A program made the position numbers and the translations under genes. A model generated the notes under the pieces. That model was not told where the DNA came from. It saw only the letters and a list, made by a program, of their open reading frames with translations, and searched no databases. A stretch of 64,000 nucleotides of DNA from the NCBI GenBank assembly GCA_001799565.1, contig MGTS01000021.1:192785-256784 (forward strand). Reading direction: 5' to 3'. Positions within the stretch are counted from its first letter, which is position 1. Each line of letters opens with the position of its first letter. This stretch comes from Elusimicrobia bacterium GWA2_51_34. Lineage in GTDB: Bacteria > Elusimicrobiota > Elusimicrobia > Elusimicrobiales > UBA9959. Below are positions 63,367 through 64,000 of the stretch, in pieces.

Positions 63367-64000
63367 ATGAGTGGAAACGATTACGATGTAATAATTATTG
63401 GCGCTGGTTCCGTGGGTGTGCCGCTTGCCATGTCCTTGGCCGAACGCAAGTTGAAAACGCTGGTCCTTGAGGGAGGGCCCTCGGTGGGACAGGGGCAGAA
63501 TAAATGCGCCATAGGGGGCGTGCGCGCCACCCATTCCGACGGCGCCAAAATAAAGGCCTGCCTGCGCAGCCTTGAAATTTTTTCCACCTGGAAGGAAAAG
63601 CGCGGCGACGATATAGGCTGGATCAGGGGCGGTTACGCCTTCCCGGTTTATGAGGAGGCTGACGAGGCTGTGCTGAAAGAGCTGCTTAAGATACAGCTCA
63701 GCTTCGGCCTGAATATCGGCTGGCTGGCGCCGGATAAAATGCGCGTTCTGCTGCCCGGCATCACCGAAAAGGAGCTGCGCGGCGGCACCTACGCGCCCGA
63801 CGACGGCTCGGCCTCGCCGCTGCTGGCTATAAACGCGTTTTACAGGAGGGCGCTGGTTTTGGGAGCTGAGTTCCGCTTTAAGGAGCCGGTGACGGAGATA
63901 ATTTCCGGAAACGGCATGGTAACAGGGGTTGTTACCGCGCTGGGCCGTTACCGCGCCAGGTGGGTGGTAAACGCCGCCGGGGCTGACGCCGCGGAGGTGT
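63367..64000 (+). CDS. FAD-dependent (DAO-family) oxidoreductase beta-type subunit, N-terminal part (runs off the window end)
   Basis: It starts MSGNDYDVIIIGAGSVGVPLAMSLA..., has a GGAG RBS and stays open to the window end. This ORF is absent from the supplied track because it has no stop codon. Confidence 0.8.
   Translation, partial: MSGNDYDVIIIGAGSVGVPLAMSLAERKLKTLVLEGGPSVGQGQNKCAIGGVRATHSDGAKIKACLRSLEIFSTWKEKRGDDIGWIRGGYAFPVYEEADEAVLKELLKIQLSFGLNIGWLAPDKMRVLLPGITEKELRGGTYAPDDGSASPLLAINAFYRRALVLGAEFRFKEPVTEIISGNGMVTGVVTALGRYRARWVVNAAGADAAEV

Overview
This is a 64-kb chromosomal segment next to the replication origin (dnaA-dnaN-dciA-gyrB-gyrA, with perfect DnaA boxes at 39.74 kb). The host is a diderm-type, probably anaerobic bacterium whose lineage I cannot assign from sequence alone. 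I call about 63 protein genes (two run off the window edges) and 2 tRNAs (Cys-GCA and a CAT-anticodon tRNA). There is no rRNA, no CRISPR array, and no integrase, transposase or phage structural gene.

Main blocks:
- 1-7252 (-): F-type ATP synthase operon (atpZ-I-B-E-F-H-A-[hldD]-G-D), with a heptose epimerase gene inserted between atpA and atpG.
- 7.4-12.5 kb: a triple-receiver GGDEF-like regulator, a stand-alone SWIB-domain protein, pckA, an aminotransferase and tRNA-Cys.
- 12.6-18.6 kb: a cassette-like accessory stretch (Fe-S protein, ORF6N DNA-binding protein, Zn-ribbon SDR, 69-aa ORF, YhcG/DUF1016 nuclease plus a coupled 102-aa protein). Its gene boundaries share a repeated multi-palindrome promoter/operator module. 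This is my best candidate for an undescribed system.
- 18.6-31.5 kb: ABC-F ATPase, RsmH-like methyltransferase, TPR and MORN proteins, class-III aminotransferase, nifS-nifU.
- 31.5-43.7 kb: origin block plus tldD/pmbA.
- 43.8-64 kb: nadD-yqeK fusion, LytR_C protein, pilT with a cNMP-binding partner, rsfS, argS, pduO-type adenosyltransferase, nfu, PHP phosphatase, glpQ, nadA, rlmN, trmO, folD, and a multi-cluster flavoprotein dehydrogenase pair.

The most striking window-wide signal is non-coding. Most of the larger intergenic spacers carry an 80-150 bp imperfect palindrome built from a few recurring word families. Two small hairpin families look MITE-like: one has target-site duplications and an identifiable empty site, and both are also found in frame inside coding sequences.

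All calls rest on reading the translations and the DNA by eye. No database search or folding computation was run.
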